A program made the translations under genes and the position numbers. From the NCBI RefSeq assembly GCF_009914755.1, contig NC_060930.1: a DNA stretch of 64,000 nucleotides. One strand, given 5' to 3'. A model generated the notes under the pieces. That model was given only the letters and a program-made list of their open reading frames with translations, was not told where the DNA came from and did not search any database. The DNA is from the human T2T-CHM13v2.0 reference genome, Homo sapiens. Below are positions 39,205-52,879 of this stretch, piece after piece; within the stretch, counting starts at the first letter, position 1; each line of letters opens with the position of its first letter.

Positions 39205-42200
39205 CACCCCCCCACTGCATTGCTGCAACACACACATGGGAGGATATCACCTCCCCTCCACCACACCACTGTTGCTGGTGTGAGTGCGCACCCCTCAACA
39301 AGCTGCCATTGCCAGCATAAATGTGAACATGGAGGCCAATAGCCCCATGCCAGGCAGCATGTTGCCCTTATGCTGACATTGCCAAGGTGTATATAGGTAC
39401 ATGAATGGCAGTGGCCCTGCCACCAACTCCACACTACCAATGCAGCTGGTCCAAATGCACAGAGGCTGGTAGCTCCATGCTTGACAGTTCCCTTCCCCCA
39501 TGCCAACACCACTGCCAATACAAACATGCATACAGATGCCAGTGGCCCTGCCCTCTGCCCCACACCACCACCACCACCACTTCAAACAAATGCACAGATA
39601 CCAGCAGTCCCATGTCTGCCACCACCCCAGCCCAGCTAACAATGATGCACTCTGCCATGCTGCCACAGCTGCTGGCATGTGTGAACAAGAATGGATCCCA
39701 ATGCCACCACCCTGATGAAGTGACTTGGTCAGCACCACCAATTGGAGTGTTGTGGACAGTCATTCAGGAACACCTCATTCCCTCCAGTGCAGCAGGTTCC
39801 TAACCTTGAGGGGCCAGAGAACAAAGCCAGAGTCCCAATATCAACCGTCCAGAAATAGAGCATGCAGCCCAAGATGGTTAAGCTGAGTCTTAGCCCCATA
39901 AAATCTTCCAAAAAGGAAGCCAGTTGGCTGAACCCACATCATACCACTATTAAACCCAAGGGCATCAAAGAAGATACAAGCAAAAAAATATATATATACC
40001 ATTCAAAGGACAGCAACTTCAAAGACTGAAGAAATATCAGCCCACACAGATGAGAAAAAAACAGAACAGAACTCTTGCAACTCAAAAAGCCAGAATATTC
40101 GTATCCCCAAACAACCACACTAGTTCCCCATAAATGGTTATTAACCATGCTCAAGTGGCTGAAATTACAGAAATAGAATTCAGAATATGAATAGAAAGGA
40201 AGATTATCAAAATTCAAGAGAAAGTCAAAACCCAATCCAATAATTCTAAGGAATACAATAAAATGATATAGAAGATGAAAGAAAAACAATGGCCATCTTA
40301 AGAAAGAACCAAAGTGATCTGACAAGGCTGAAAAACTCACATCAAGAATTTTAGAATAAACTCACAATATTAACAGCAGAATCAACCAAGCTGAGGAAAG
40401 AATCTCAGAGCTTAAAGAGTGGTTCTCCAAAATAACTCACTCAGCTCAGAAAAGAAAAAAGATTAAAGAAGAATGAACAAACCTGTAAGAAATATGGGAT
40501 TATGTAAAGAGACCAAATCTATGACTCACTGGTATCCCTAAAGACAGGGACAGAAAGCAAGCAACTTAGAACACATATCTCAAGATATCATCCATGACAA
40601 GTTCTCCAACTTCACTAGAGACCAAAATTTAAATTCAGGAAATGCAGAGGACCCCTGCAAAATACTACACAAGGTGACCATCCTCAGGATACATAGTTAT
40701 CAGATTCTCCAAAGTTGAAATGAAAGAAAATATGTTAAAGGCAGCTAGAGAGAAGAGTCAGGTAACAATGGGAACTCTATCAGGCTAAAAGTCAATGTTT
40801 CACAGAAACCCTATAAGCCAGAAGAGATTGGATACCTACATCCAGCATTCTTAAAGAAAATAAATTTCAACCAAGAATTTCATATCCAGCCAAACTAAGC
40901 TTCATAAGTGAAGAAGAAATAAGATCTTTTTTGGACAAGCAAATGCTAAGGGAATTTGTTACCACCAGAAATGACTTACAAAAAGTTTTGAAGGGAGTGC
41001 TAAATATGAAAAGGAAAGACCATTGCCACTACAAAAAAAACACTTAAGCACACAGACCATTGACACTATAAAGCAATCACGCAAACAATGTCAACCAGCT
41101 AACAACATGATGACAGGATCAAATCCACATATATTAATATTAACCTTGAATGTAAATGGGCTAAAAACCTCAATTAAAAGGCACAGAGCAACAATTTGGA
41201 TAAAGAAACAAAATCCATGGTATGCTGTCTTCAAAAGATTCATCTCACATCCAATGACAAACATAAGTCCAAAGTAAAGGGATGGAGAAAAATCTACCAA
41301 GCAAATGGAAAACAGTGACTGTTATTCTAATTTCAGACAAAACAGACTTTTAAACCAACAAAGAAGGGTACTACATAATGGTAAAGTATCCAATTGAACA
41401 AGAAGACCTAACTGTCCTAAAAATATAGGCACCCAACACAGGAGCACCCAGATCTATAAAACAAGTTCTTAAGAGACCTACAAAGAAACTTAGTTAACTA
41501 CACAACAATAGTCAGGGACTTCAACAGCCCACTGACAGTATTAGACATATCATCAAGGCAGAAAACCAACAAAGCTATTCAGGACCTGAGTGCAATACTT
41601 GACCAAATGGACCAGTGAGCTGAAGGGACTCTTCAGCTCATCTGTACATGGCACATACTCTAAAACTGACCACACAATTGGCCATAAAAACAATCCTGAG
41701 CAAATTCAAAAAAATTAAAAAAACAAAATTATACCAACTACACTCTCAGACCACAGCACAATAAAAATAGAAATCAACACTAAGAAAATTATTCAAAACC
41801 ATACAATTACAAGAAAATTAAACAATCTGCTCCTGAATGACTTCTGAGTTAAATAATGAAATTGAGGCAGACATATAAAAATTCTTTGAAACTAATAGAA
41901 CAAAGACACAACATACAACGGTCTCTAGGATATAGCCAAACCAGTATTAAGAGGGAAGATTATAGCACTAAATACCCACATTGAAAAGTTAGAAAGATCT
42001 CAAATTAACAACTTAACATTACACCTAGAAGAACTAGAGAAAGAAGAGAAAACCAACCCCAAAACTAGCAGAAGACAAGAAATAACCATAATCAGAGCTG
42101 AACTGAAGGAAATTGTGACAGGAAAAAACATACAAAAGATCACCATATCTAGAAGGTGATTGTTTGAAAGAATAAATAAGATAGGTAGACCACTCACTAG

Positions 42201-42268
42201 ACTAATATATAAAAAAAGAGAAAGGTCCAAATAAATACAATCAGAAATGATAAAGGGGACCTTACCAC

Positions 42269-43066
42269 TGAGAGCTGTGGAGATGTCAGACTACCAGCTG
42301 CAGAGAGGAGCTACCCACTCCAGGGTCTCCTCTCTGCTGACAGATGAACACTCACCGGGACACCCTGCCTGCAGAGAGGATCTACCCAATGCAGGTATCC
42401 TCTGAGCTGTTTGGTCGCTCAATAAAGCTCCTCTTCACCTTGTTCGCCCTCCAGTAGTCCACGTACCTCATTCTTCCTGGATGCAGGACAAGAACTCAGG
42501 ATCTGCCGAATGGCAGGGCTAAAAGAGCTGTAACACAAACGGGGCTGAAACATGCCCCTTGCTCACTACATTGCAGGTGACAAAAAGGAGAAAAGAAATA
42601 AGGAGAGAAGAGCTGTGGCCTTTCAGGAAGCCCAGACCTAGGAGCTCTCTGAACCAGGGGTGTGACACCCTCTTTGGGGCTCTGCAGTTCCTGGCATCTC
42701 CAAGCTTCCAGGCATCACTGCATTCCTTGGTGCCAGCCGTGGAAGCTGCTTGGGGTATACCTGCTCCAACTGCAGCCTCACAGGGAGCCAGCACCAGGGC
42801 CAGCGCCTGGAGCTGCCTGCCCCACTGCAGCCAGCATGCCTGGCTGTGCACAATGGTTGGATCCCACACTCACTTGCTCACACAACCCTTGCCACTCTAC
42901 TCATCCTTGGCAGGCATAGGATGCAGGCCAGTAGTGTAAACTGAGCACAGCCTGCCAGACCAAGTGGGCAGAACAAGCCCAGCAGGCCCAAGCAAAACTT
43001 GGGCAAAGGTGCCACTAGCCACAGGGGTTTCCAGCCAGAAAAGCATCACCCCAAGGATCCATGACA
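42269..43066 (+). mobile_element. MER52-like ERV1 LTR, 3' portion only
   Basis: cagagaggagctacccactcc, aataaagctcctcttcacct, end accccaaggatccatgaca. Confidence 0.82.
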
Positions 43067-44239
43067 ATATGTAGAAGGCTCAAGCCAGACCCCTTCTTTA
43101 CACCATATACAAAAATTAACTCAAGATTGATTAAAAACTTAAATGCAAACTTTAAAACCACAAAAACCCTGGAAGATACCTAGGAAATACCATTCTGGAC
43201 ATAAGGCCTGGCAAAAATTTCATGATTAAGACGCCAAAAGTAATTACGACAAAAACAGAAATTGAAAAATGGTTCTAATTTAACTAAAGATCTTCTGCAC
43301 AGCAAAAAGAAATTGTCAAGAGTAAACAGACAACCTACAAATGGGAGAAAGTATTTTCACACTATTAATCCATCAAAGTTCTAATACCCAGAATCTATAA
43401 GAAACATAAACAAATTAACAAGCAAAAGACAAATAACTCCATAAAAAAAGTGAGCAAAGAATACGAACAGACACTTTTCAAAGGAAGACATACATGTGGC
43501 CAAAAAGCATACGAAAAAATTCTCAACATCACTAATTATTGGAGAAATGCAAATCAAAACCACAATGAGATAACATCTCACGTCGGTCATAATGACTATT
43601 ATTAATGTCAAAAAATAACATATGCTACCAAGGTTGTGGAAAAAAGGGAATGTTTATACACTGCTGGTGGGAATGTAAGTCAGTTCAGCCATTGCAGAAT
43701 GCAGTTGGGTGATTTCTCAAAGAACTTACAACAGAATTACCATTCAACCCAGCTATCCCATTATTGAGTATGTACTCAAAGAAATATATATAATTTTACC
43801 ATAAAAACACATTTATGTGTATGTTTATTGCAACACAATTCACAATAGCAAAGACATAGAATCAGCCTAAATGCCCATCAATGATAACTGGATAAAAAAT
43901 GTTGCACATACATATACACCACAGAATACTATGCAGCCAAAAGAAAGAATGAGATCTTGTCCTTTGTATCAGCATGGATACAGCTGGAGGCCATTATTCT
44001 AAGTGAACAGAAAACCAAATACTGCTTGTCTTCAATTATAAGTGGGAACTAAACATTGAGTACATATGGACACAAACTACAGACAACAGAGCCTACTTGA
44101 GGGTGGAGGGTGGGAGGAGGGTGAAGATTGAAAACTGTCTATTGGGCATAAAATAATCTGTGCACCAAACCCCGTGACATGCAATTTACCTATATAAAAA
44201 AACTGCACATGTACCACTGAAACTAAAAGTTGAAAAAAG

Positions 44240-44860
44240 CAGACTTTTTTAAAAGAAGACATAAAAATCACCAACAGACATATGAAAAAATGTGCAAATC
44301 ACTAATCGTGAGATAAACGCAAATCAAAATCACAAAGTTAGAATGGCTGTGACTGAGAAGACAAAAAGTAATAGATATTGGCAAGGATACAGAGAAAAGA
44401 GAGCTTTTATAATGCTGCTGGTAGGAATGTAAGTTAGTACAGTCCCTGTGGAAAGTAGTATGAAGATTTCTCAAAGAACTAAAAATAGAACTACCATGTG
44501 ATCCAAACATTCCCTGTATGGGTTACCTACCCAAAGGACAAGAAATCTTTATATCAAATGATGCCTGAACTTGTATGTTTATTGCAGCACTATTCACAAT
44601 AGCAAAGATATGTAATCAACCTAAGTGTCCATTAGTGGATGATGGATAGGGAAAATATGGTAAATGTATATACCATGTAATACTATTCAGCCATAAAAAA
44701 TTAAATGAAGTCTATTGCAGCAACATGGTTGGAATTTGAGGCCACTGTTTTAAGTGAAACAAGTCAGACACATAAAGAGCAATACTTCATGATCCTATTT
44801 ATAAGTAGGAGCTAAATAATGTGTACACAGGGGTGAGGCATGGAATGATAGACAATGGTG
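44240..44860 (+). mobile_element. L1PB/L1MA 3' fragment
   Basis: aaagaactaaaaatagaactaccatgtgatcc; atgtttattgcagcactattcac. Confidence 0.85.
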
Positions 44861-44869
44861 TCTCTGTTG

Positions 44870-45270
44870 AAGTGACACCAATAGACTGACAAATTTCTGG
44901 CAAGATTCATTGGGGTGGATAAGGGGAAATAAGAGAGAGGAGGAGGAAGAGGAGGAAAAAGGAGGAGAGGAATCCAGATAGACATTAATGGAAGGAAAGG
45001 CATGACATAGCTATAAATGCTATAGAGATTAAAAAGATAGCAAGAGAACATTATGAATATCCTTATGCCAAAAACTTCAAAAATTTAGGTGACATGGAAA
45101 AATTCCTAGAAAAAAATATTAAATAACAAAACTAACACAAGGAGAAAAAGGACATCTGAATATACCTGTACATTTAAAGAAACTGAATTGGTAATTATAA
45201 ATATTCTCAAAAACAAACTACCAGGGACCACAAGTTAATTTGAAATACAAGAAGTTAACTTAAATAAGGG
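44870..45270 (+). mobile_element. Old L1M ORF2 fragment
   Basis: ttatgccaaaaacttcaaaaatttaggtgacatggaaaaattcctaga. Confidence 0.75.
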
Positions 45271-45278
45271 ATAATTTT

Positions 45279-45572
45279 GGTTGGGCACCTTGGCTCATGC
45301 CTGTAACACCAGCACTTTGGGAGGCCGAGGCAGGTGGATCACATGAGGCCAGGAGTTTGAGATCAGCCAGGCCAATGAAACCCTGTCTTTACTGAAAATA
45401 CAAAAGTTAGCCAGCATGGTGGTGCACAGCTGTAGTAGTCCTGGCTATTCAGGAGGCTAAGACAGATAATCACCTGAACCCAGGAGGCGAAGGTTGCAAT
45501 GAGCAGAAATAGTGCCACTGCACTCCAGCCTGGGTGACAGAGGGTGACCCTGTCTCAATAAATAAATAAAAA
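45279..45572 (+). mobile_element. AluJ/S
   Basis: Diverged dimer with a (TAAA)n tail. Confidence 0.92.
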
Positions 45573-46214
45573 GGGAATTATTTTAAGAAATACAAAGAAT
45601 AAAATTTCCAATTAAAATTGTGATGGAGACTTATCTGATAACTTGCAAGTAGAAGATAAGTATTGTATATTGAAGAAAACTTCCCCAAAACAAAGATTCT
45701 AAAGATAAAACACAAATATTGTGAAGGCAAAAGCAAAAAGAAAGAGGAGAGAGAGCCAATCTCTCCTTAGAGTAGTTATTGCATTAATGGCAACAAATGC
45801 AGTGTATTATAAACCTTAACAACATCAGCAGCAACCACATTAGGTAAGGGAAAAAGGAAGAAGAAGACAAAAGATGAGCAGGTGGAGGCCGGGGAAGAAA
45901 AGCAGGAAAAGGAATTACAGGAATTCCTTTTCTCCTTTACAGGAGAAATAGCACCAAAAAGAGAGACGCAACAGCAGACATTAACCTGAATGTAAGAACA
46001 TGGAATGTCTAATGAAATTTGCTTTAAATAGAAAATCATCTTAAGCAGCCCAACAAGTACCAGTGTGTGTGTTTTTTTTTTTCAATATTAAAAATTGGGA
46101 AATTTTAACAGTACTAAGGGAGGCAAATTATTACCTACCTGGCTTTAAAATTCTCTGCCACGCACAATGTCAGAGGACAATTCACTGAGTTTGAGAATCT
46201 TATTTATTTGTTAT

Positions 46215-46448
46215 TTACGTTACTAACATTTATATGATCCATACTGTTTTAAGAGAACTGCCTTCCAATAGGAACTCTTTCGATGCTTATTATAACACTA
46301 TGAGCTAGCTCATTTTGTTAGCCCTATTTCAAAGATGGGAAAACTGAAGCAAAGTGTGACCTTCTCCAAGGTCACACAAATAATAAACAGCAGAGCTGGG
46401 TTTTGAGGACAAATTCTGTGCTTTTAAACTCTATGCTGTGCTACCTCC
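46215..46448 (-). mobile_element. MIR
   Basis: agatgggaaaactgaagc..ccaaggtcacaca. Confidence 0.8.
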
Positions 46449-47482
46449 CAAAGGATTCTATATCCAGGTTGATCTTCACACACAGAAAAGTAAGGAAGAT
46501 GTTTTCAGCTAAATTTCATCATTGACTCTAGAATGCAAATTATTTTCAGGTTTTTAACTTGGTTAAGATTAGTGTATGCTCTGGATCAATGTCATGCCAG
46601 AGTTTATTGGGTAGAATCCTTTTCTTTCTTTCTTTGTGGTATATAAAATTATAACACACCTAGAAGATGTCAACTTAGAAATTCTCAGAAAGCATATAAT
46701 TAATGCGTTTTTCTAAAATGATGACTTGATGAGAGCCTGAGGATGAGGGAGAAAAGGGAGAAAAAAAGAAAGAGAAAAATTAGAACAAAAGGAGGAAAGA
46801 AAAATTAAAAAATAAAATACAATTATGGCTTGATGTACTTTAGAAGACCATGAGATGAAACAGTATAAATTGCTTGGGATGAAGAGGTTCTGGTGTAAAA
46901 AGCCAATAACTAAAAAAATGTGCAATCAAAATAATTATTGAATAATTTTTGATACAAAAATCAACTAATTGAAACAAATATACCATATGTTATATAATAA
47001 TTTTGCAACGCCAATTAGAAGAAACACCCCAATATTTTGTCTCTATAAATTTGGAAGCACCTGAGTGAGAAAGGTGTGGGTAAAGAAATTTAAATTGAAT
47101 GAAAGCATACACAGTTTCCAAACATACACTGAGAAAGTGCATGCTCACACATTTTCTTAGCAGAATTGGAGTTTGTTGTAAGCACTAGGTCTGTGCTTTA
47201 AGAATTCTTTCTTCTCAATTAAATTTTGGAAGTTGAGCAAACCCTTTTTTCAATAATAATTTTATAAGGATATGTATTATTGAAAAACATTGAAAAAAGT
47301 TTTTATTGAAAAATATATATCATTATCATAAATATATATCATCATAAATATATATCATTATCATGTACAATTATAATCACTACAACAAACTGAAAAATAA
47401 ATGGCATTTTCTTCTTTATAGCCAAATGAATGTTTAATTGTGGGAACCCTGGACAAATTATCTCAATACTTTTTAATATGCA

Positions 47483-47537
47483 AGATAGATAGAAACATAG
47501 ATGATAGATAGATAGATAGATTAGATATAGACAGATA
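47483..47537. repeat. Imperfect (GATA)n
   Basis: Directly visible. Confidence 0.9.
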
Positions 47538-48072
47538 CATTCTTTTAAAGTTCATAAAAAGACAGGAGAGCAAGAAAAGAAAATAAAAACAATTATTATT
47601 CTAAGAAACAGATGTGTTGACCTATTCAAACAAAAATTTTCAAAATTAACTGCCTAGAAAAAAATGAACAAGTGGCGCATAATCTTTGTTATTTAAGTGT
47701 GTTGCTTAAAACACAATGTATACAATAAAGTAGTGTTTTTATAAATAAACAATATTAAGAAAGTCTGAGTCTGACAGAGATTAAATTTCATAATCAGTAC
47801 CTAAAACTGGTTATGTCTGACATGAAAGATGCTTAATGGTATCTAAGTATTTATATTTTTAAAAATTTGTTCTAATTATGTATTCTTCTTTTTAAATTAT
47901 GCATATTAATTTCATATTTATAATCTAATGCAATAAAATATCATACTTTAAACCAATCTATTGTAAAAAGCATTCTAATATTACTTTATGAATTACATTA
48001 TTAGAAAGCCTAGGAATTTGGACTTTGGGATTCTGTTCATCTAATAGAAGTTGACCCAATTAAAAACAAAGA

Positions 48073-48785
48073 CATCACACCAGTTAGAATGGCGATTATT
48101 AAAATGTCAGGAAACAATAGATGCTGGCCAGGCTGTGGAGAAATAGGAATGCTTTTACACTGTTAGTGGGAGTGTAAATTAGTTCAGCCATTGTAGAAGA
48201 CAATGTGGTGATTCCTCAAGGATCTAGAACCAGAAATACCATTTAACCAAGCAATCCCATTAATGGATATATACCCAAAGGATTATAAATCGTTCTACTA
48301 TAAAGACACATGCACACGTATGTTTATTGCAGCACTATTTACAATAGCAAAGACTTGGAACCAACCCAAATGCCCATCAATGATAGATTGGATAATGAAA
48401 ATGTGGCACATATTCACCATGGAATATTATGCAGCCATAAAAATGAATGAGTTCACGTCCTTTGCAGTGACATGGATGAAGGTGGGAGCCATCATTCTCA
48501 GCAAACTAACGCAGGAACAGAAAACCAAACACCACATTTTCTCACCATAAGTGGGAGTTGAACAATAAGAACCTATGGATGCAGGGAGGGGAACAACACA
48601 CACCCATGCCTGTTGGGGGGTTGTGGGCAAGGGGAGGGAGAGCATTTGAACAAACACCCAATGCATGTGGGGCTTAAAACCTGGATGATGGGTTGATAGG
48701 TGCAGCAAACCATCATGGCACATGTATACCTATGTAACAAACCTGCATGTTCTGCACATGTATCCAAGAACTTAAAGTAAAATTT
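48073..48785 (+). mobile_element. L1PA7/8 3' end
   Basis: ORF 48263-48550 is the ORF2 C-terminus; tgcatgtggggcttaaaacct; TSD ttaaaaacaaaga. Confidence 0.94.
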
Positions 48786-50350
48786 AAAAACAAAGAAGAA
48801 GATATTAGAAAAGATAAGTTCCAGAGTAAACCTGTGGACAGAAATCAATGTATCATAGCTCTTTTAAAGGGTTAGGTGGTCACAATGCTATAATACATCA
48901 TTATAAGATATTAGATTTTTGTAGTAGAATTGGGACAACTTTAGATCCCAAAATGTTTATTTATTTGAATATTATCCTTAAATTTTAGTGGCTTATTTCT
49001 ATTAGTTTACTGCAAATTAGATTATAATATCAATTGAAGAGAAACAATATTGAAGAACTGCCATTTGAATGCACTTATAATAACAGCATATAATATAAAT
49101 TGGATTCTTTTTTTTTACAACTAATTTGGTATGTAATTGTGGATATCCTGGACAAAAACCCATCAGTCCCATCTACCATGCTATGATTTTATTATTATAG
49201 TCTAGAGATGCTGTCCTTAATAACTACTTAGGTTAAAAACAATTTATTAAAAAATTACACAATTCATGAAATACAGTAGTTAATACAAAATGACTTTCCA
49301 ACATTGACAAATAGTTTCTTAGAGGGCAAAATAGAGCATTTGTTAATGTAAATAATGTTGACTGCACTCAATTGGAGCAATTGGTTGAATGAGTCTCAAC
49401 AAATGTGTTTTTTTACTTCACTGCTATTCTTTGAGACCTTGATTTTGAATTATGGCAGTCCCCTTACGTGTTTTGTTTCCATCACCAGCAAAAAAATAAT
49501 TTATCAGGCACAAAGAAAAAAATCAAAAATAATTTTTTAAAAATGTAACCCTCAGTGGCTTCATATGTATATGAATATGGGTATGTGTGTGTGTGTGTGT
49601 ACACATACATATCTTAGTGGAAATGCATGAGTGCAAAACTCCATGAAGACTCTCAATTCAAAAATTGGGCACAATTTGCTATATAAAATCCCACATACAG
49701 TCAGTCGTTGATTTCTGGAAATGTCAATATAAATGCTCACCCAGTTACTACAATTTTATCAATTCATGACACAGTAGAACTAAAGTGAATTCATACATTT
49801 ATTCTATTCTGCTTTTGACAAGCACTGCATAAAACTTCCACATTTTTTTCTCAGATGTACTTTCCTACAAAATGCCCATCCCTACATCTCCTAGAGACCC
49901 ACTCTCTGTGAGTTATTGGAAAGCTTTCAACTTCACAAAAATTGTAAAAAAAACAAACAAACGAACAAAAAACCTTTAGGGTTGGTGCACACAATCGGCA
50001 AGGCAAGATCCATAAGGCTACAGAGAGATTCATCGCAGTCATATCTTCTTAAAACATTCCTCTTAGTTGGAAGAAAGAAAGGTAAGAAATTCAAACATTA
50101 CAGCTTGACGAATACCATGAAAGAAGCAATTTTGGTACAGAACTCTGAAGAACTGCTCTCCCTGCTCCCCAAAGATACTGCCCCAAATTCAGTTTTACCA
50201 GAGATGTAGGGTAAGAAATCTTGAGTGTTGGCACTTTTGCAGTCAGAAAAGATAAGTAGATCTCTATAGGACAATCTCCATATCCCAGGCAAGAAAAAAA
50301 AAAAAACATGGCACAGTCTAAGAGTTGCAATATAATCTATTTCTCTACAG

Positions 50351-50674
50351 CAAGGGTTAGCAAAGTGTTTTTGTAAAGGACCAAATAGTAAATATTTATA
50401 TTTTGCAGCCCCAGAAGCAAAATTAAGGATATTATGTGGGAACTTGTATAAAAAAGAGAGAAAGCAGATGTTCACAAATACTTAATATTTTAATTAAAAA
50501 TTGGAGTTATAGATACGAAAACTTGAACTTCATATTTTTACTTGTCATGAAGATTTTTTGCACTGATTTTCTCAAAAATTTGATAATGTTAAAACCATTC
50601 TTAGTCCACTGGCTGTACAAAAAAAGAGGCAATGGGCTAAATTTGGCTCTTGGGCTGCAGTTTGCTGACCCCTG
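50351..50674 (+). mobile_element. MER58B-like hAT-Charlie element
   Basis: TIRs caagggttagcaaa and tttgctgacccctg; 8-bp flanks ctctacag/ctctgaag. Confidence 0.88.
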
Positions 50675-52039
50675 CTCTGAAGCAAAATCAAAAACCCTGT
50701 ATGACACAACCTATTATCCAAGATAAATTGAGTCTTGAAAGTGAAATATAGCAACAGGAAAAGAATAGCATGTGCAAAAGCCTTCTACAATTTTAAGAGC
50801 AGGTAGACACTGAACATTAGTTTAAAAAATTGAATCTTTTAATATTAATGAGAAGGCAATTCAAAAAAGGAAAGCAATTCTTATTTAAAAGCTGAATAAT
50901 GGCTTAATTTTTAATTCCATTAGTGTTTAGAAAAATATGTAGTTGAGAGAAAGCCAGCAAACAAGAATAAATTTCTCAAAGTATAATGAGACGTCACTTA
51001 GAATCTAGTTTAAAATAAAAGCAAAATGCCTGCAAAAAAATCACCAAAGAAGCACTGCTGAATTTCATAACTGTTATGATTTGTTACAGTAATTATACAT
51101 TTTAGACTGAAAATATAAAGAAGAAAAATTCAAGTAACATGACTTACAGTAAGACAATGAACTATATCATATGACATTCAGTTTTACACCATTGGTTATT
51201 GTGTGTGTTAGCTTAAGAAACTTATTTGCTACCTTAGAACTTTATAATATAGCTATATAGTTATTGTGTCTTTAAAATGAATGATATTTTGTTTCATTTC
51301 TGCAGTAGATTGGGCTTTAAGCCTTTGATCAGTAAGAGAGTCATTTATTACACCATCCTTTAGTATTAACTTTCAGATTTCATTTTTATTATTTACATTT
51401 ATAACAAATTAAGTTTTCCAAAAGCTGAAAAATCTGAAGACAGTCCAAACTTGAATTTGTTTCATTTCTTTTCAAACATAAGAATTAAAATCAATTCTTT
51501 ATTCACATGTAATGATCTTAGAACATATAACAGGCCTTAAGTGAAGCAAACACTAATTCAAACTAGTACATTTGCAATCAGTTCACTTCAGAAACTTTGT
51601 TCTGTTTTCCTTCACAATTAATATGCTCTACATGTGATGTTTATCAGCTTTCTAAATTAATGCTTACCATGCGGAGAAGCATCTAGTGAATCAGGTCCAT
51701 TAAATAACAACAGAGGAGGCATATTTGGCTTCACAACCTAGGCAGGACTAAGATATCCAGCAATATTCTTTCTCTACATGGGACCTTTCAAGGAAGTTAC
51801 CAAATGCCAGTTTCTTTCTTCACTGCATGTCTTGTTCATTGGGAGAGCATATATTATTTCTCCACATAGTAGAATACCAACTTGTACATCTGACTAGTGT
51901 TTTCCTCTAATTTTTCCAATCAGATGTTACACAAGATTAAAATCAATAATGTAAAAAACTTTAGAAAATAAACATCATTTAATATTATAAACCATCAGAA
52001 TAAGTAGGTCATCAATTAAAAGCATTCACTGGCTTAAGG

Positions 52040-52270
52040 TTAATAAACAGCTACTTTTAGCTGAATGCTTACCACATGCTAGGCACATGCTAGAAACCTT
52101 ACATACCATATCCGTTAGATATTACTACCACAATTTTATAGATAAAGAACTCAAAGAAAGGGTAAGAGATTATTTTCAAATCCATACAGCTGATACAGTA
52201 TGTGATACATTACAAATTTAAATCCAAGTCTAACTTACCCAGCAGTCCTTGTTTTTGTCCAGTATGCTAT
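52040..52270 (-). mobile_element. MIR
   Basis: gctgaatgcttaccacatgctaggcac..attttatagataaag. Confidence 0.75.
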
Positions 52271-52879
52271 AATGCATTTGGCAAGCAAATCTTGAAATTA
52301 CACCAGCACTTGCAGAAAATGACAGCCTAACACAATGACCAAAACAAAAGAAAACAAAATGAGAAGAATTTCTGGAAATAAGGACTAAATGTGTGTCTTT
52401 TATCAGAAGGACGATGATGGAAAAATAAATTCATAGACTTTGTTCAAGTTGTGTGCTGCTAGATTAAAGGACTTGATTTGTCCTATTAAATTTTGACATC
52501 TAGAACTTTTGTTAGCATCAAAACATCACGTAGACATTAAATTCAAAGAAAGAATAAGAAAATGAATAATAAACATGAAAACAACTTAATAAAATGTAAA
52601 ACAAACCTACAAAGGAGAGGACCAAAAATATCAGAAGTTGGTTATTTTTACAAAAATTTTAAGGAAGGCTAGTAAAGCCTAGATATTATAAACTCATTAG
52701 TACATTCTATATCTTCTACTGATTACACCTCTAGATAGAATTCAAAAAGCAACTACCTGAGGACTTTGAGTAATAAACAATAAAAAACAGATGGGAAATT
52801 AAAGTCAAACTTAAACACAGGCTCCTGGGACAGGGCTGAATTTACTATATTTCTTCTTTTCTTATTTAGAGGTGGTATT

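Larger units (their letters stand above)
38052..44237 (+). mobile_element. Near-full-length old primate L1 (L1PA15/16, L1P4-type): 5'UTR, ORF1 ~40050-41010, ORF2 from 41110, RT region deleted
   Basis: 5' ggcaagatggctgactagaagcagc; repeat-rich GC 5'UTR; ORF2 start MTGSNPHILILTLNVNGL; 3'UTR accaaaccccgtgacatgcaatttacc. Both ORFs are disrupted. Confidence 0.9.

Noticed and set aside
39120-39911. Cluster of overlapping 100-148 aa ORFs, including a poly-His run
   Set aside because: They lie in the GC-rich, repeat-containing 5'UTR of the old L1, where stop codons are scarce.
42519-42944. Overlapping ORFs of 64-126 aa
   Set aside because: They are within the GC-rich MER52-like LTR.
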